The translations under genes were made by a program, and so were the position numbers. A DNA stretch of 32,650 nucleotides from a virus (lineage: Duplodnaviria; Caudoviricetes), in the IMG/VR virus record IMGVR_UViG_3300020045_012556, positions 1 through 32,650 of that record; one strand, 5' to 3'. The number at the start of each line of letters is the position of its first letter. The stretch's first letter is position 1. Of this stretch, positions 8,297 through 17,281 are shown piece after piece. The notes beneath the pieces are model-generated. The model saw only the letters and a list, made by a program, of their open reading frames with translations. It was not told where the DNA came from and made no database searches.

Positions 8297-9253
8297 TTAT
8301 TTATTTTTTTTAAAAAAAAGTAAAATTTTTTCTTTGGCTATTTCTTCATTTTGCTCAATTATTGTCCCTTTGTCGGTTATTAACCCAACAGAAATGCACA
8401 CATTGTATAGTTCTGGATATACGCCCAAAATATTTTTAAAATTATTGCGCTGCATTATCTCATTATATGATAGCTCCGGTAGTATATTCATACCGGTTTT
8501 CCCACGCACTTTATACCATGCGGAATATACAAAATTATCTATTTGTTCTTTTGTTATTTTTTTTGTTTTTACTTTTTTATCGCTTTTGCTATGCCAACTC
8601 AAAATTCCAATCGGAGTCATGAGCGTCAACAACACTGATAAAAAAGTATGAAATATAAATTTTAATTTATCCATATGCGACCATTTCGGGATTGACGCGT
8701 AAAAATCGTACACGCTCATATCGTGCACTGTTAATTTTTCAGACTCGGATTGTTTGCCGGATAAATCTGAAATGACATTGATTGATTTCATAATGTCTTT
8801 ATTTATTTTGTCTAATCTGTTGTTTGCATAATATACCGATTTTGCATACACGGCGCGATTTTCAAGTTTTGTTAAACTGGATAATTGTTTGTTTATTGAG
8901 TCCGCCTCTAATCCGAGTCGTTCAATATTTTTTTCATGTTCCGCTAAAACTATTTTATTTGCATCTGTTACGACCTTAACGCCTGCTAATGAGTCATGAG
9001 ACATCAAACTAAATGTTTGTCCCGCGCTTGTTTGTATGGTCGCATAGATCGAAACGGTAACTACGATAATTAAAAAAATCTTATTGAATTGTGATTGATA
9101 CACGCTGAAGGCGAGCAATAATTCGAGCGCGACGGCGGCGGAAATTGCAATCGGCAAATTGATTCCATCACCGATAAATCTGAAAACATAAAAATATATT
9201 TCCAATCCGCTTCCGAGCGTGATAATAGCAATGCAGAAAATTTTACGTATCAT
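8297..9253 (-). CDS. Membrane protein (3 TM, coiled coil, TM, soluble domain)
   Basis: Hydrophobic N-terminal helices, heptad-rich middle and one further TM helix. Confidence 0.75.
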   Translation of the reverse strand: MIRKIFCIAIITLGSGLEIYFYVFRFIGDGINLPIAISAAVALELLLAFSVYQSQFNKIFLIIVVTVSIYATIQTSAGQTFSLMSHDSLAGVKVVTDANKIVLAEHEKNIERLGLEADSINKQLSSLTKLENRAVYAKSVYYANNRLDKINKDIMKSINVISDLSGKQSESEKLTVHDMSVYDFYASIPKWSHMDKLKFIFHTFLSVLLTLMTPIGILSWHSKSDKKVKTKKITKEQIDNFVYSAWYKVRGKTGMNILPELSYNEIMQRNNFKNILGVYPELYNVCISVGLITDKGTIIEQNEEIAKEKILLFFKKNK

Positions 9254-9423
9254 TTCTTTTTTGCCTCTATCAGTTCAAACATTGATTTGGGTATTCCAGA
9301 TTTAATCCACCTCTCAACCGTACGGTTGCATACGTCACATATGATACAAATTTCAGGTTTGCTCAATTGCAACTTTTTTCTTAACTCTGCGAATTTTTTA
9401 GCACTGATTTTTTCAATCGACAT
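9250..9423 (-). CDS. 57-aa XRE/Cro-like helix-turn-helix protein
   Basis: MSIEKISAKKFAELRKKLQLSKPEICIICDVCNRTVERWIKSGIPK...; LRKKLQLS..E......V..RTVERW pattern; ATGA coupling downstream. Confidence 0.75.
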   Translation of the reverse strand: MSIEKISAKKFAELRKKLQLSKPEICIICDVCNRTVERWIKSGIPKSMFELIEAKKK

Positions 9424-9790
9424 TTTGTTCTGCCTCTTCTTTTGTTAATAATTTTATTTTTTTACAAATAGCAAAATAATGTTTTATCCACATTTTAGCA
9501 AAAAACGGATTACGCGTTTTAATTGCAACATCATGCAAAGATTTTCTTTTTTCATAAAGATTTTCTAATCGTGTCATTTTTATCACCTCTGATTTATTTA
9601 AATCTAAATACGATATTTTCTCGAAAAAAATCGTATTCACTCTTTCGGCATCAAATAAAATTTTTATTTTTTTAATCAAAAATTCCATTTTAGAGTTTTC
9701 ATCGCCTTCATAATTTGTAATAAATTTTCCTTTGTTTCTTGTTGATTTTTTCGTGAAAACAAATTCAACTAAAAGAAATTCTTTTTTCAT
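9413..9790 (-). CDS. Hypothetical protein (possible internal second start at MTRLENLY)
   Basis: AGAGG SD upstream; internal GAGGTG SD before an in-frame ATG. Confidence 0.6.
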   Translation of the reverse strand: MKKEFLLVEFVFTKKSTRNKGKFITNYEGDENSKMEFLIKKIKILFDAERVNTIFFEKISYLDLNKSEVIKMTRLENLYEKRKSLHDVAIKTRNPFFAKMWIKHYFAICKKIKLLTKEEAEQNVD

Positions 9791-9795
9791 TTCGT

Positions 9796-11310
9796 TTAAC
9801 CTCTACTGCCCATATTAACTATGTCGGGCAATTTGTCAAATGTTTTATTTATTATTTTAAAAAATTTTCCGTCTTTAATATATTGTATTGATAGGAGTTT
9901 TTTATTTTTTATTTCATTATATTTTTTACGTGCTATAATTCCTACCACTCCCGGATGATATACGCATAGATACTCATCAATTCCCGTACCAAAAACCGGG
10001 CAATACGTCACCCGGATCATGCGTTTGCCGGATTTATATCCTATGTGTTCGCGGATTTTTATATTATCAACCGCCATTTCTAAAACTCCCGACATGATAT
10101 CATCGTTTCTAAGATAAATATCTTTTTTCTCTTTTTTAGGAAATTCATAATTGCACGAATAGCAAATTTTTAATTGTATCGGGATAATTTCAAAACATTT
10201 TGGGCATTCTTTGCATGGCGCGATTCCCTCACCCTGTGTGTGTTTTTGCGGTGTGCGCACGTCTGTCATCGCTCCATGCTGTGCAATAACTCCGGCGAAA
10301 TCTAAACACAAACAATTATCTATGTGACTTTTTAACCGCGTTCCTCTAAAATTCATCTGCTCGTATAATCGAGGCGACATTGTAGGACGGCAGTGCGCGA
10401 TTAAATCAATATTTGGAAAATCAAAACCTGTTGTTAAAATATTATTATTCGTTAACGCCGTTAATTTATCGGATTTAAAATCTGCAATCTTTATGTCACG
10501 CTCTGCCGGGGAATCTATACTGGATACGCTTTCAGCCGCAATACCGTGCGCTCTCAATGATTCCGCCATATGTTCGGCATGATCAATACCGGCACAAAAA
10601 AACAACCAGTGATAACGTCCCATAGAACGTTCAATAACTTGTTCAACTATATTATCATTTAAATCATTTTTATCAACGGCTTTTTGCAATTCAGATTCAA
10701 TATATTCCCCGCCGCGTTTATGCACTCCATTAACATTTAATTTTGTCGGCGTTGCTTTACTAATTAAACGCGACAAATATCCGGCGTTTGTTAATTCTAA
10801 AATTGATCCACCTTCAGGATAAATCAAACTGTCGAAAATTGCAGGCTTGTCTATTATTAAACCGTGATTCATACGGTACGGTGTAGCGGTAAATCCAATA
10901 ACGCGGGCATTTATATTCCCGATTAGCTGTCTATAAAGTCCTTCTTCTTTGTGGTTTATCAGGTCGCATTCATCAACCACAATATAATCAACGTCGCTTA
11001 GTAATTCAAACTTTTTACCGATTGACTGGATGCCAGCAAAGATAATATTCTTATCTAATTCTTTTCTTTTTAATCCGGCAGAATAAATGCAAACCGGTGC
11101 GTCCGGCCATAAAGTCAAAAGTTTTTCTTCATTCTGCCGGATCAATTCTTTCACGTGCGTCAACATAAGTATTTTTTTATCTGCGTTTTGCATAACAAAA
11201 TCAGCTATACAAATTGATTTACCACTACCGCCCGGCAACACAACGCAAATATTCCCGGACGATTCTTTAATTTTTTCACGCGCGTCGAGTTGATACGGAC
11301 GAAGAATCAT
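9796..11310 (-). CDS. Superfamily 2 helicase (RadD/YejH-like) with Zn finger
   Basis: LRPYQ, PGGSGKS, DECD, TATP, LTTGFDFP, QMNFRGTR motifs; CPKC..CYSC. Confidence 0.92.
   Translation of the reverse strand: MILRPYQLDAREKIKESSGNICVVLPGGSGKSICIADFVMQNADKKILMLTHVKELIRQNEEKLLTLWPDAPVCIYSAGLKRKELDKNIIFAGIQSIGKKFELLSDVDYIVVDECDLINHKEEGLYRQLIGNINARVIGFTATPYRMNHGLIIDKPAIFDSLIYPEGGSILELTNAGYLSRLISKATPTKLNVNGVHKRGGEYIESELQKAVDKNDLNDNIVEQVIERSMGRYHWLFFCAGIDHAEHMAESLRAHGIAAESVSSIDSPAERDIKIADFKSDKLTALTNNNILTTGFDFPNIDLIAHCRPTMSPRLYEQMNFRGTRLKSHIDNCLCLDFAGVIAQHGAMTDVRTPQKHTQGEGIAPCKECPKCFEIIPIQLKICYSCNYEFPKKEKKDIYLRNDDIMSGVLEMAVDNIKIREHIGYKSGKRMIRVTYCPVFGTGIDEYLCVYHPGVVGIIARKKYNEIKNKKLLSIQYIKDGKFFKIINKTFDKLPDIVNMGSRG
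9812..9839 (-). promoter_or_regulatory. Sigma70-type promoter with degenerate operator TGCCCGACA (inside the helicase 3' end)
   Basis: TTGACA-16-TAATAT; operator at 9822-9830. Confidence 0.65.
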
Positions 11311-11555
11311 TTGTTATAATATCCATTTTTAATTCTTTCAATTGTACGATTGAGTTTAAAATAAAATTCTTTTCTTACGTCGCAATCATTTAAAAATAAT
11401 TGTAAGCATAAAACTAATATGTCCGCAAGTTCTGAATTATTAGGATCATCAAGAAATTCTTTTGCTTCCTCTTTAAGTTTTTCTCTTTGTTTCACTTCGG
11501 GATGGTCAAAATAATTATAAATATAATTAAGCTTTTCAACAATTTCTTTATTCAT
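11307..11555 (-). CDS. MazG-like nucleotide pyrophosphohydrolase
   Basis: KLKEEAKEF...SELADILV (EExxE/ExxD) motif. Confidence 0.65.
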   Translation of the reverse strand: MNKEIVEKLNYIYNYFDHPEVKQREKLKEEAKEFLDDPNNSELADILVLCLQLFLNDCDVRKEFYFKLNRTIERIKNGYYNK

Positions 11556-12469
11556 TCTATTTTACCGTTAAACTCATCACAGATTTTTCTTGTCTCAACG
11601 TCGCTTAGACTATACCGACTGTCTTTGCCATCAATCATGTTACCGAGATCAGGGTGTATATAATGATCTCTACACCCCTTCCGCTGTTCGGATTCAGATA
11701 AAACATAATTTTCAAACTTTTCACAAATCCATGTATCATCTTGCGTCGGTGTACTATGAGCGCAAGTTCTACAATTTACATTTTCAGATTCGATTTGTTT
11801 TGTAACAAAACAAAAATTATAACCGTTACAAAATTTACACTGATACCAATTCGAGCTTGCAGGAATCATCGGTTCTGGAAGTCGCATATTAAATATTATA
11901 CGGTTTGCACGTTCAATATATTTTTCTGCAATTTCTTTATTATATCTCACGCGTTCGAAATAATATCGATCATCATTTTTACAAATTGCAGCATACAGAG
12001 CGCGCTCAATTTTCATACCGTACATATATAATTGCATTTGCACAAAATGCTCCGGCTTCGCAACTTCAACGCCTTTTTTTTCGAGTTCACCGAAATATTT
12101 TGCGTTGCTAGTTTTGCATTCTAAAACGTGTTTTGTTTTTTCAGCGTTTGGAACGCCGGATTTTATTATAGCGTCAATTGACCCTTTAAAATGGGGTGAA
12201 AAAACAAGTTTTGTTTGTTCGGATTCAATAACACAACCGATATTTTTAAGGTCGCTTATGATTTTTAACTCTTCGTCTTGACCGCGTTTGAATAATTTTA
12301 ATATGCGACCATCAAAATTTTTGTTTGCAGCCCAACGGAAAGACAGCCATATTGCACGGTCGCATACGTGACCAATCTCAGACGCACCCAAATGTAAACG
12401 CGGTAAATTTTCTTTATACGTCGCATAGATTTTTTCTGAAATTGTTTCCTCAATATTTATTATTGTCAT
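11552..12469 (-). CDS. Cas4-like PD-(D/E)XK exonuclease
   Basis: LGASEIGH.C.R..W, GSIDA..., LECKT, QMQLYM motifs; C-terminal CKFC....C and CRTC. Confidence 0.85.
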   Translation of the reverse strand: MTIINIEETISEKIYATYKENLPRLHLGASEIGHVCDRAIWLSFRWAANKNFDGRILKLFKRGQDEELKIISDLKNIGCVIESEQTKLVFSPHFKGSIDAIIKSGVPNAEKTKHVLECKTSNAKYFGELEKKGVEVAKPEHFVQMQLYMYGMKIERALYAAICKNDDRYYFERVRYNKEIAEKYIERANRIIFNMRLPEPMIPASSNWYQCKFCNGYNFCFVTKQIESENVNCRTCAHSTPTQDDTWICEKFENYVLSESEQRKGCRDHYIHPDLGNMIDGKDSRYSLSDVETRKICDEFNGKIE

Positions 12470-12579
12470 TTATAATTCCTATCCGTTTTTTTACTTCATC
12501 GGGCAACGGTAACCGATTAAAATATTTTGACTTTGATCAAATTAAATATATGGTCGTAACGTACATCGACCAAAACGAT

Positions 12580-12703
12580 TATCAGTGGCAGGACTCGAAC
12601 CCGCAAGTCCCCCGGACTTATACAACTTTGATCTATTCCTTTATCGCAAAAGGATCACACCCGGGGATTAAATAATAGCGTCTACCAATTCCGCCACACT
12701 GAC
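12580..12703 (-). ncRNA. tRNA-Leu-like RNA with non-canonical, expanded anticodon domain
   Basis: Acceptor GTCAGTG/CACTGAT, D arm GCGGAATTGGTAGACGC, T arm GCGGG-TTCGAGT-CCTGC, discriminator A; ~70 nt between the D and T arms; no encoded CCA. Confidence 0.8.
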
Positions 12704-12735
12704 ATATAGGCAGGCAATTTCTCACCCGCCTTAAT

Positions 12736-13197
12736 TTAAAAAATAGGTTTACCAGAAACGTCTTTTGGCAAATCTCCGTCGATTGATTTAAACGATACGA
12801 TATCGTTTGACTCATCATAATCGCCTTTTGCAGGACGAACAACAACGCCACCACGAAAAATTTTACCTGGGAAATTATCATCATTAACAGGATATGGTAT
12901 ATTAGCAGCTCTCATCAGTTCACCGAGTTCTGCCAACGCCTGCCGTTCGACAAAACGGACGCCGTTTTCATCCACGGTATCATTTTTGTAATTAAACATT
13001 TTAAAAACTACACGGTTAGTATAATCAGCTGACATTACGCGACACTGAATATTTAAATATTTATTATTTGCATTTTTTTTGCTGGTTTTTATTTCAGCCT
13101 TATCGATGCTCAATAAATATTCCCCTTTTGGGATAACAGTTGATCTTTTTTCCGGTGGTGCGAGTTCTGCAGGGTTAACGTTAATTCCTAAATCCAT
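12736..13197 (-). CDS. DUF669-like single-stranded DNA-binding protein
   Basis: IPKGEY...I.KAEIKTSK...YLN......Y.NRVVF pattern; C-terminal PIF; follows the Sak4-like ATPase. Confidence 0.75.
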   Translation of the reverse strand: MDLGINVNPAELAPPEKRSTVIPKGEYLLSIDKAEIKTSKKNANNKYLNIQCRVMSADYTNRVVFKMFNYKNDTVDENGVRFVERQALAELGELMRAANIPYPVNDDNFPGKIFRGGVVVRPAKGDYDESNDIVSFKSIDGDLPKDVSGKPIF

Positions 13198-13200
13198 TTT

Positions 13201-13887
13201 TTATTCTCCTTTTATTTTTTTAATTAAATCACTTATGTTTGCTGGTTCATAAATATTAACATCACCGCTACATTTTGCACGGTAAAATCCATCAGAACGA
13301 GTTTGGAAAAAATAAGACGTTTCTTGTTTTTCGTTAACTGTTGTTCGTGCACAGATTACCTGATCAAACGGGTATGGTAAACGTCGCCCAGCTTTTTCTC
13401 CCGGAATAGTCGGAGAATATAAAATTCTTGACATTTCATCTTTTTCTTGTTCGAGTTGCGCAATAAAAATAATGTTTTTTCCTTTTAATTCAAGAAAACT
13501 TCGAACGAGAACATTAACCCGCTCTTCCATTTTCAAATAAGCCATTCTTCCGTCAGGATTTGAAATTTTTTCTTCAGCTAAAACTAAATTTGCATAATCC
13601 GTCAAACTGTCAAACCCAATAGATTCATAATCCGATTTTTCAATTATGGAAAAAATTTCACCAATTTCTTTTGGTGTTGAAATTGCATATGCCGGAATAG
13701 ATGGCATGTGTTTTTTCTTTAAAGCAAGAAATTTTTTTTCAGTTGAAATAATCAGAGCTTTCCCTGTTTCAACTCCCGGCATCGTGGACAATGAATATGT
13801 TTTTCCGTTTCCAGACGCACCATAGAGTAAAATTTTAACTCCCGCATCCTCACAAAGTGTTTTTGTATCTCTCAGTTCAACTGCCAT
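13201..13887 (-). CDS. Sak4-like / AAA_24 ATPase (recombinase)
   Basis: KILLYGASGNGKT Walker A, FDSLT Walker B, NIIFIAQ; start MAVELR with GGGAGG SD. Confidence 0.85.
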   Translation of the reverse strand: MAVELRDTKTLCEDAGVKILLYGASGNGKTYSLSTMPGVETGKALIISTEKKFLALKKKHMPSIPAYAISTPKEIGEIFSIIEKSDYESIGFDSLTDYANLVLAEEKISNPDGRMAYLKMEERVNVLVRSFLELKGKNIIFIAQLEQEKDEMSRILYSPTIPGEKAGRRLPYPFDQVICARTTVNEKQETSYFFQTRSDGFYRAKCSGDVNIYEPANISDLIKKIKGE

Positions 13888-13966
13888 GTTTTTTATTACC
13901 TCCCTGCATTGTCGCAATGATCATAATAACTATAATCGTCGCACAAATTGTAACTGTAATGTCCAT
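13877..13966 (-). CDS. 29-aa hydrophobic peptide
   Basis: MDITVTICATIIVIMIIATMQGGNKKHGS; AGGAGG SD. Confidence 0.55.
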   Translation of the reverse strand: MDITVTICATIIVIMIIATMQGGNKKHGS

Positions 13967-13986
13967 GTGTTAACCTCCTATTATTT

Positions 13987-14695
13987 TTAATCTTTATCAA
14001 CATCAATTCCGGTAATATCAAAAAATATTTTTTTATCAAAATTCGGAATTTCAAATATTTTTTTACGATCTACTATATCGGCTTTTTTCCAACTCAAAGC
14101 CCAGGCCTCTTTATAATCAAGAGTTTTTAAAAACCCGCCGCAAGTTTCAATTTCTTTTTTATGTTTTATGTTTTTCTTTTTCTTCTTGCGTTGCTGTATC
14201 GTGAGATATAAAACAGGTTAATTCAAAAAAACAAAAATTAGGTAACACAATTTTATTATATTTTTTAGCAGATAAGTTTTTTCCAAAAACTCTAAAAATT
14301 TTAGGATCATCCGAATTAAACATCCCTGAATTTCCGTAACCAGAATTTCCATCACCTGAATTTCCGTAACCAGAATTTCCGTAACCAGAATTTCTGTTAC
14401 CAGAATTTACTAAAATTAAAACATCACCCCACGAAATTTCATTTAAAATTTTAATTTTATTCGTAGCTAATTTATCATTATTTTTTTCAACATCTCCTAA
14501 AATCAAAACTTCAGCCGCTTTATTTTCAGGATTGAAAGAATAATAATTAAAACAATCGACTAGTTTTTCGCACGCATGAAAACCAGTTTCGCAAATTCTT
14601 AAAATCTCGCCTTTTTTTAAAGAATAAGTTTTCCCGATTTCATACTGAAAACCGTTACACGCCCAATCTGAATTAAAAACCTTATACGCTTTCAT
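13987..14695 (-). pseudogene. NSGxx pentapeptide-repeat phage protein, frameshifted by a 7-bp duplication
   Basis: YKVFNSDW.C.GFQYEIGKTY N-terminus and NSG(N/Y/D)(R/G) repeats; the expected C-terminus (GGFLK..DYKEAW...IPNFDKKIFFDITGI) lies in another frame beyond AAAACAT-AAAACAT at 14161-14174. Confidence 0.8.
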
Positions 14696-14715
14696 TTTTT
14701 TAACCTCTATTTACC

Positions 14716-14743
14716 ATAATACATTAGTCCGACTTTTTGTCAA
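14716..14743 (-). promoter_or_regulatory. Sigma70-type promoter with perfect operator AGTCGGACT
   Basis: TTGACA-16-TATTAT; operator at 14726-14734. Confidence 0.75.
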
Positions 14744-16671
14744 CTACTATTATGATAATTTTTCATTGCAAAACCGAGCGCGTAATCAGTTACCGCCCAC
14801 ACGTCCGGAAATATTGTTTTTATTTTTCCGGTATCTAAAAGCGGAATTATAATTTCATTACTATATTTCTTACCGACTTTTTTGTAATACTCTTGCAAAT
14901 CTCTTTTGCAAACTGTCGGATGCAACTCTTGATCATACGTGCCAATAAACGCCTCACAAAAAATATGTTCGGAATCTGTTTTTGGTTTTTCAATTGGTTT
15001 TTGTCCGCTCGTTAAAACTACACTAGTTATCTGTTCGCCGTCCTCATCAACCCAGCCGTTAATATTTATAACCGTTTTATCCAGATATAAAATATCCTCT
15101 AAATCCTCATCTTTTGTTTTCATTTGTTCAACCGAAATTGTACTGCTATTTTTTTTCGGTGCTTTAATGCTCATTTCAATATCGATATCGCCGCGCCATG
15201 CACTCGATCCGCGCGCTCGGTTTTTTGCATCGTCGGAATTTCCGGTATGATGCACGAGCAAAACCGAACAATTAAAAACAGTTTGTAAATCATTGCACGC
15301 CTTAATCATCAATCCAGCATCTTTCGAGCTGTTTTCATCTCCCTGCATAAATCTGTGCAATGTGTCAACGACAATTAACGCCGGTTTATATGGTAGCATT
15401 CTAATTTGTTCAATGACTTCTTGCCGTTTAATCGTATCATCTAAATTACAACCGCTTTTCGATACCCATAATTTTAATTTATTTTCAGGCTTATAATATT
15501 GTTCCCACGCAACAACGCGCTTTTGTATTCCTGTGTGACCTTCACCGGCAAGATAAACTACTGGAGCGTCATTAACTTTATATCCGTGATAATCTTTATA
15601 GTCCGACGCTATACGCATACACATATCAAGCACGACAAAAGTTTTTCCCGATCCGCTCGCGCCGTGATACATGATCAATGATTTTTCAGGTATCAATTTT
15701 TTTATTAACCATTTGATTGGACTCGGTTGTTTTTTAAAATCGTTCGCGTCAACAAACCATTCCGATTTTTTAGGCTCCAACAATTGTTTAACGTCACCGC
15801 CGGATAAATAAAAATCATTAACGTCTTGTCCGCGTGTCGGTGGCATAATAATTGCCGCGCCAACTAAATCAGCCGCAAATTCCGAAAATTTTGCACCAGT
15901 TCCGGACTCATCATTGTCGGCAACAATTATAATTTCAGCGTGCTCATGCTGTTTTCTAATATTTTTTGCAACCTCAGGAAGATTTCCAGCAGAAAAACAT
16001 ATTGACGTCGCACAGCCAGTCGCTTCAAAAATTGTTGCACCCGTTGCGAACCCTTCGCAAAGATAAATTTTATTTGTAATATTTCCGAGCAGATAAAATC
16101 CGCCTGTTACCTCACCGCCATACAAAAACTTTTTATCACCGACGGAATTTATAAACTGTAATGAAATTAGTTTACCGGAAACATTATAACGAGGAATTAT
16201 TAAATCTCCTCGGTCTGATATTTTCGATCCATGTGGTTTTACTTTTTTGCTTAATAAATACGAATGATCACTTGTAGCGTCAAGCGCGTTTGTAAAAATA
16301 TTATACGCGTTAACGGCAGCAACTCTTTGCAGTTCTTTTTTTTCAGCTTCTCTTTGCAGCTTCGCAGACTCAATCGCATTTTTCTGTTCAATCATTTCTT
16401 CAGATGATAAATCACGGCCAACAAAAACAGAAAATGTTTTTTCTAATCCTGATTTCCACGATCCATACGCCCCGGACGCAACCACACAATCAAAAAATAT
16501 ATACCAGCCAGAATCTTTTGACTTTGTATCAGACTCTTTAAACCTATGTATTTTGCCATCCATAACCATATCAGGCGGAAACAATCCGTCTTTCCGCATC
16601 TCAGACAATATCTGATCACGCGGATGCGGTATCGGTTCAAGGTCGCATAGATTAACATCAAGAATTGCCAT
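14740..16671 (-). CDS. Primase-helicase (TOPRIM plus RepA/AAA_25 helicase)
   Basis: DGKIHRF...GWY, LCEGFATG, IVADND, GASGSGKT, VVDTL, LVHHTG, ARGSSA motifs. Confidence 0.92.
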   Translation of the reverse strand: MAILDVNLCDLEPIPHPRDQILSEMRKDGLFPPDMVMDGKIHRFKESDTKSKDSGWYIFFDCVVASGAYGSWKSGLEKTFSVFVGRDLSSEEMIEQKNAIESAKLQREAEKKELQRVAAVNAYNIFTNALDATSDHSYLLSKKVKPHGSKISDRGDLIIPRYNVSGKLISLQFINSVGDKKFLYGGEVTGGFYLLGNITNKIYLCEGFATGATIFEATGCATSICFSAGNLPEVAKNIRKQHEHAEIIIVADNDESGTGAKFSEFAADLVGAAIIMPPTRGQDVNDFYLSGGDVKQLLEPKKSEWFVDANDFKKQPSPIKWLIKKLIPEKSLIMYHGASGSGKTFVVLDMCMRIASDYKDYHGYKVNDAPVVYLAGEGHTGIQKRVVAWEQYYKPENKLKLWVSKSGCNLDDTIKRQEVIEQIRMLPYKPALIVVDTLHRFMQGDENSSKDAGLMIKACNDLQTVFNCSVLLVHHTGNSDDAKNRARGSSAWRGDIDIEMSIKAPKKNSSTISVEQMKTKDEDLEDILYLDKTVININGWVDEDGEQITSVVLTSGQKPIEKPKTDSEHIFCEAFIGTYDQELHPTVCKRDLQEYYKKVGKKYSNEIIIPLLDTGKIKTIFPDVWAVTDYALGFAMKNYHNSS

Positions 16672-16675
16672 TATT

Positions 16676-16951
16676 TTAATCCGTGAACAAAGGTAAAGTT
16701 TTTTTATCTATTCTTTTTGGTCTTTTTGTTTTTTTATCAACAAACTTTTTACATTCCCCAGTTTTTATTAAATCATAAATTTCAATTGGAATCATGCCAT
16801 CAGTGCAATATGCTATGCCTAAAATTTTATCAATTTTACACTTAGGCTTGCTAAAATTATATTTTCTGCAAAACGTACAATTGCAATCTACAAATTCGGC
16901 AAATTCTGAACCAGTAGAAAAAGCCTTAATTTTAATACTAATAGTCATCAT
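16676..16951 (-). CDS. Cys-rich hypothetical protein
   Basis: CNCTFC...C...C pattern; in an operon with the primase. Confidence 0.7.
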   Translation of the reverse strand: MMTISIKIKAFSTGSEFAEFVDCNCTFCRKYNFSKPKCKIDKILGIAYCTDGMIPIEIYDLIKTGECKKFVDKKTKRPKRIDKKTLPLFTD

Positions 16952-17126
16952 TGTGAAATCCTTTTAAAAATATATCAACATAATATTTATGTTTTAAAAA
17001 AGTAAAACCGAAAGTTAAAAAAGTTTGTTTATGTTTTTTATCATTATAATAATCAAATAACATCCCGATATAATTCAAATCAGAAATAATATCTTTTACA
17101 AACGAAAACCGCCAAAATGTTTTCAT
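16938..17126 (-). CDS. Hypothetical protein
   Basis: 62-aa ORF with AAGGGGG SD. Confidence 0.65.
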   Translation of the reverse strand: MKTFWRFSFVKDIISDLNYIGMLFDYYNDKKHKQTFLTFGFTFLKHKYYVDIFLKGFHNDDY

Positions 17127-17140
17127 AATTTTTCCCCCTT

Positions 17141-17239
17141 AAAATAAAAAAACCGCTGTTTGCCCGGTGTAGTGTGTCCGGCAGCGGTTTTTGTAAAGCT
17201 TTTTAAAGGCTTATCAATACACTACTGTTGATAAGCCTT
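17141..17239 (-). ncRNA. Two-hairpin leader RNA with complementary loops; the second hairpin is terminator-like
   Basis: Hairpin 17206-17239 (12-bp stem) and hairpin 17148-17192 followed by a T-tract; loops GTAGTGT and ACACTAC are complementary. Confidence 0.7.
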
Positions 17240-17252
17240 GAAACATAATAAG

Positions 17253-17281
17253 ATATTATTTTTTTATATTTTTATTGTCAA
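17253..17281 (-). promoter_or_regulatory. Sigma70-type promoter of the replication operon leader
   Basis: TTGACA-17-TAATAT; lacks the shared operator. Confidence 0.7.

Noticed and set aside
11552-12469. Cas4-like gene as evidence of a CRISPR-Cas system
   Set aside because: No repeat-spacer array or other cas genes seen; solo Cas4-like nucleases are common beside Sak4 and SSB genes
12580-12703. Ordinary functional tRNA (anticodon AAT or TAA) or attP-associated tRNA fragment
   Set aside because: No canonical anticodon stem-loop can be formed; both 5' and 3' halves are present and no integrase is encoded
14325-14408. 15-nt tandem repeats as a mini CRISPR or DGR element
   Set aside because: They are in-frame coding repeats (NSGxx) with no spacers, and no reverse transcriptase is present
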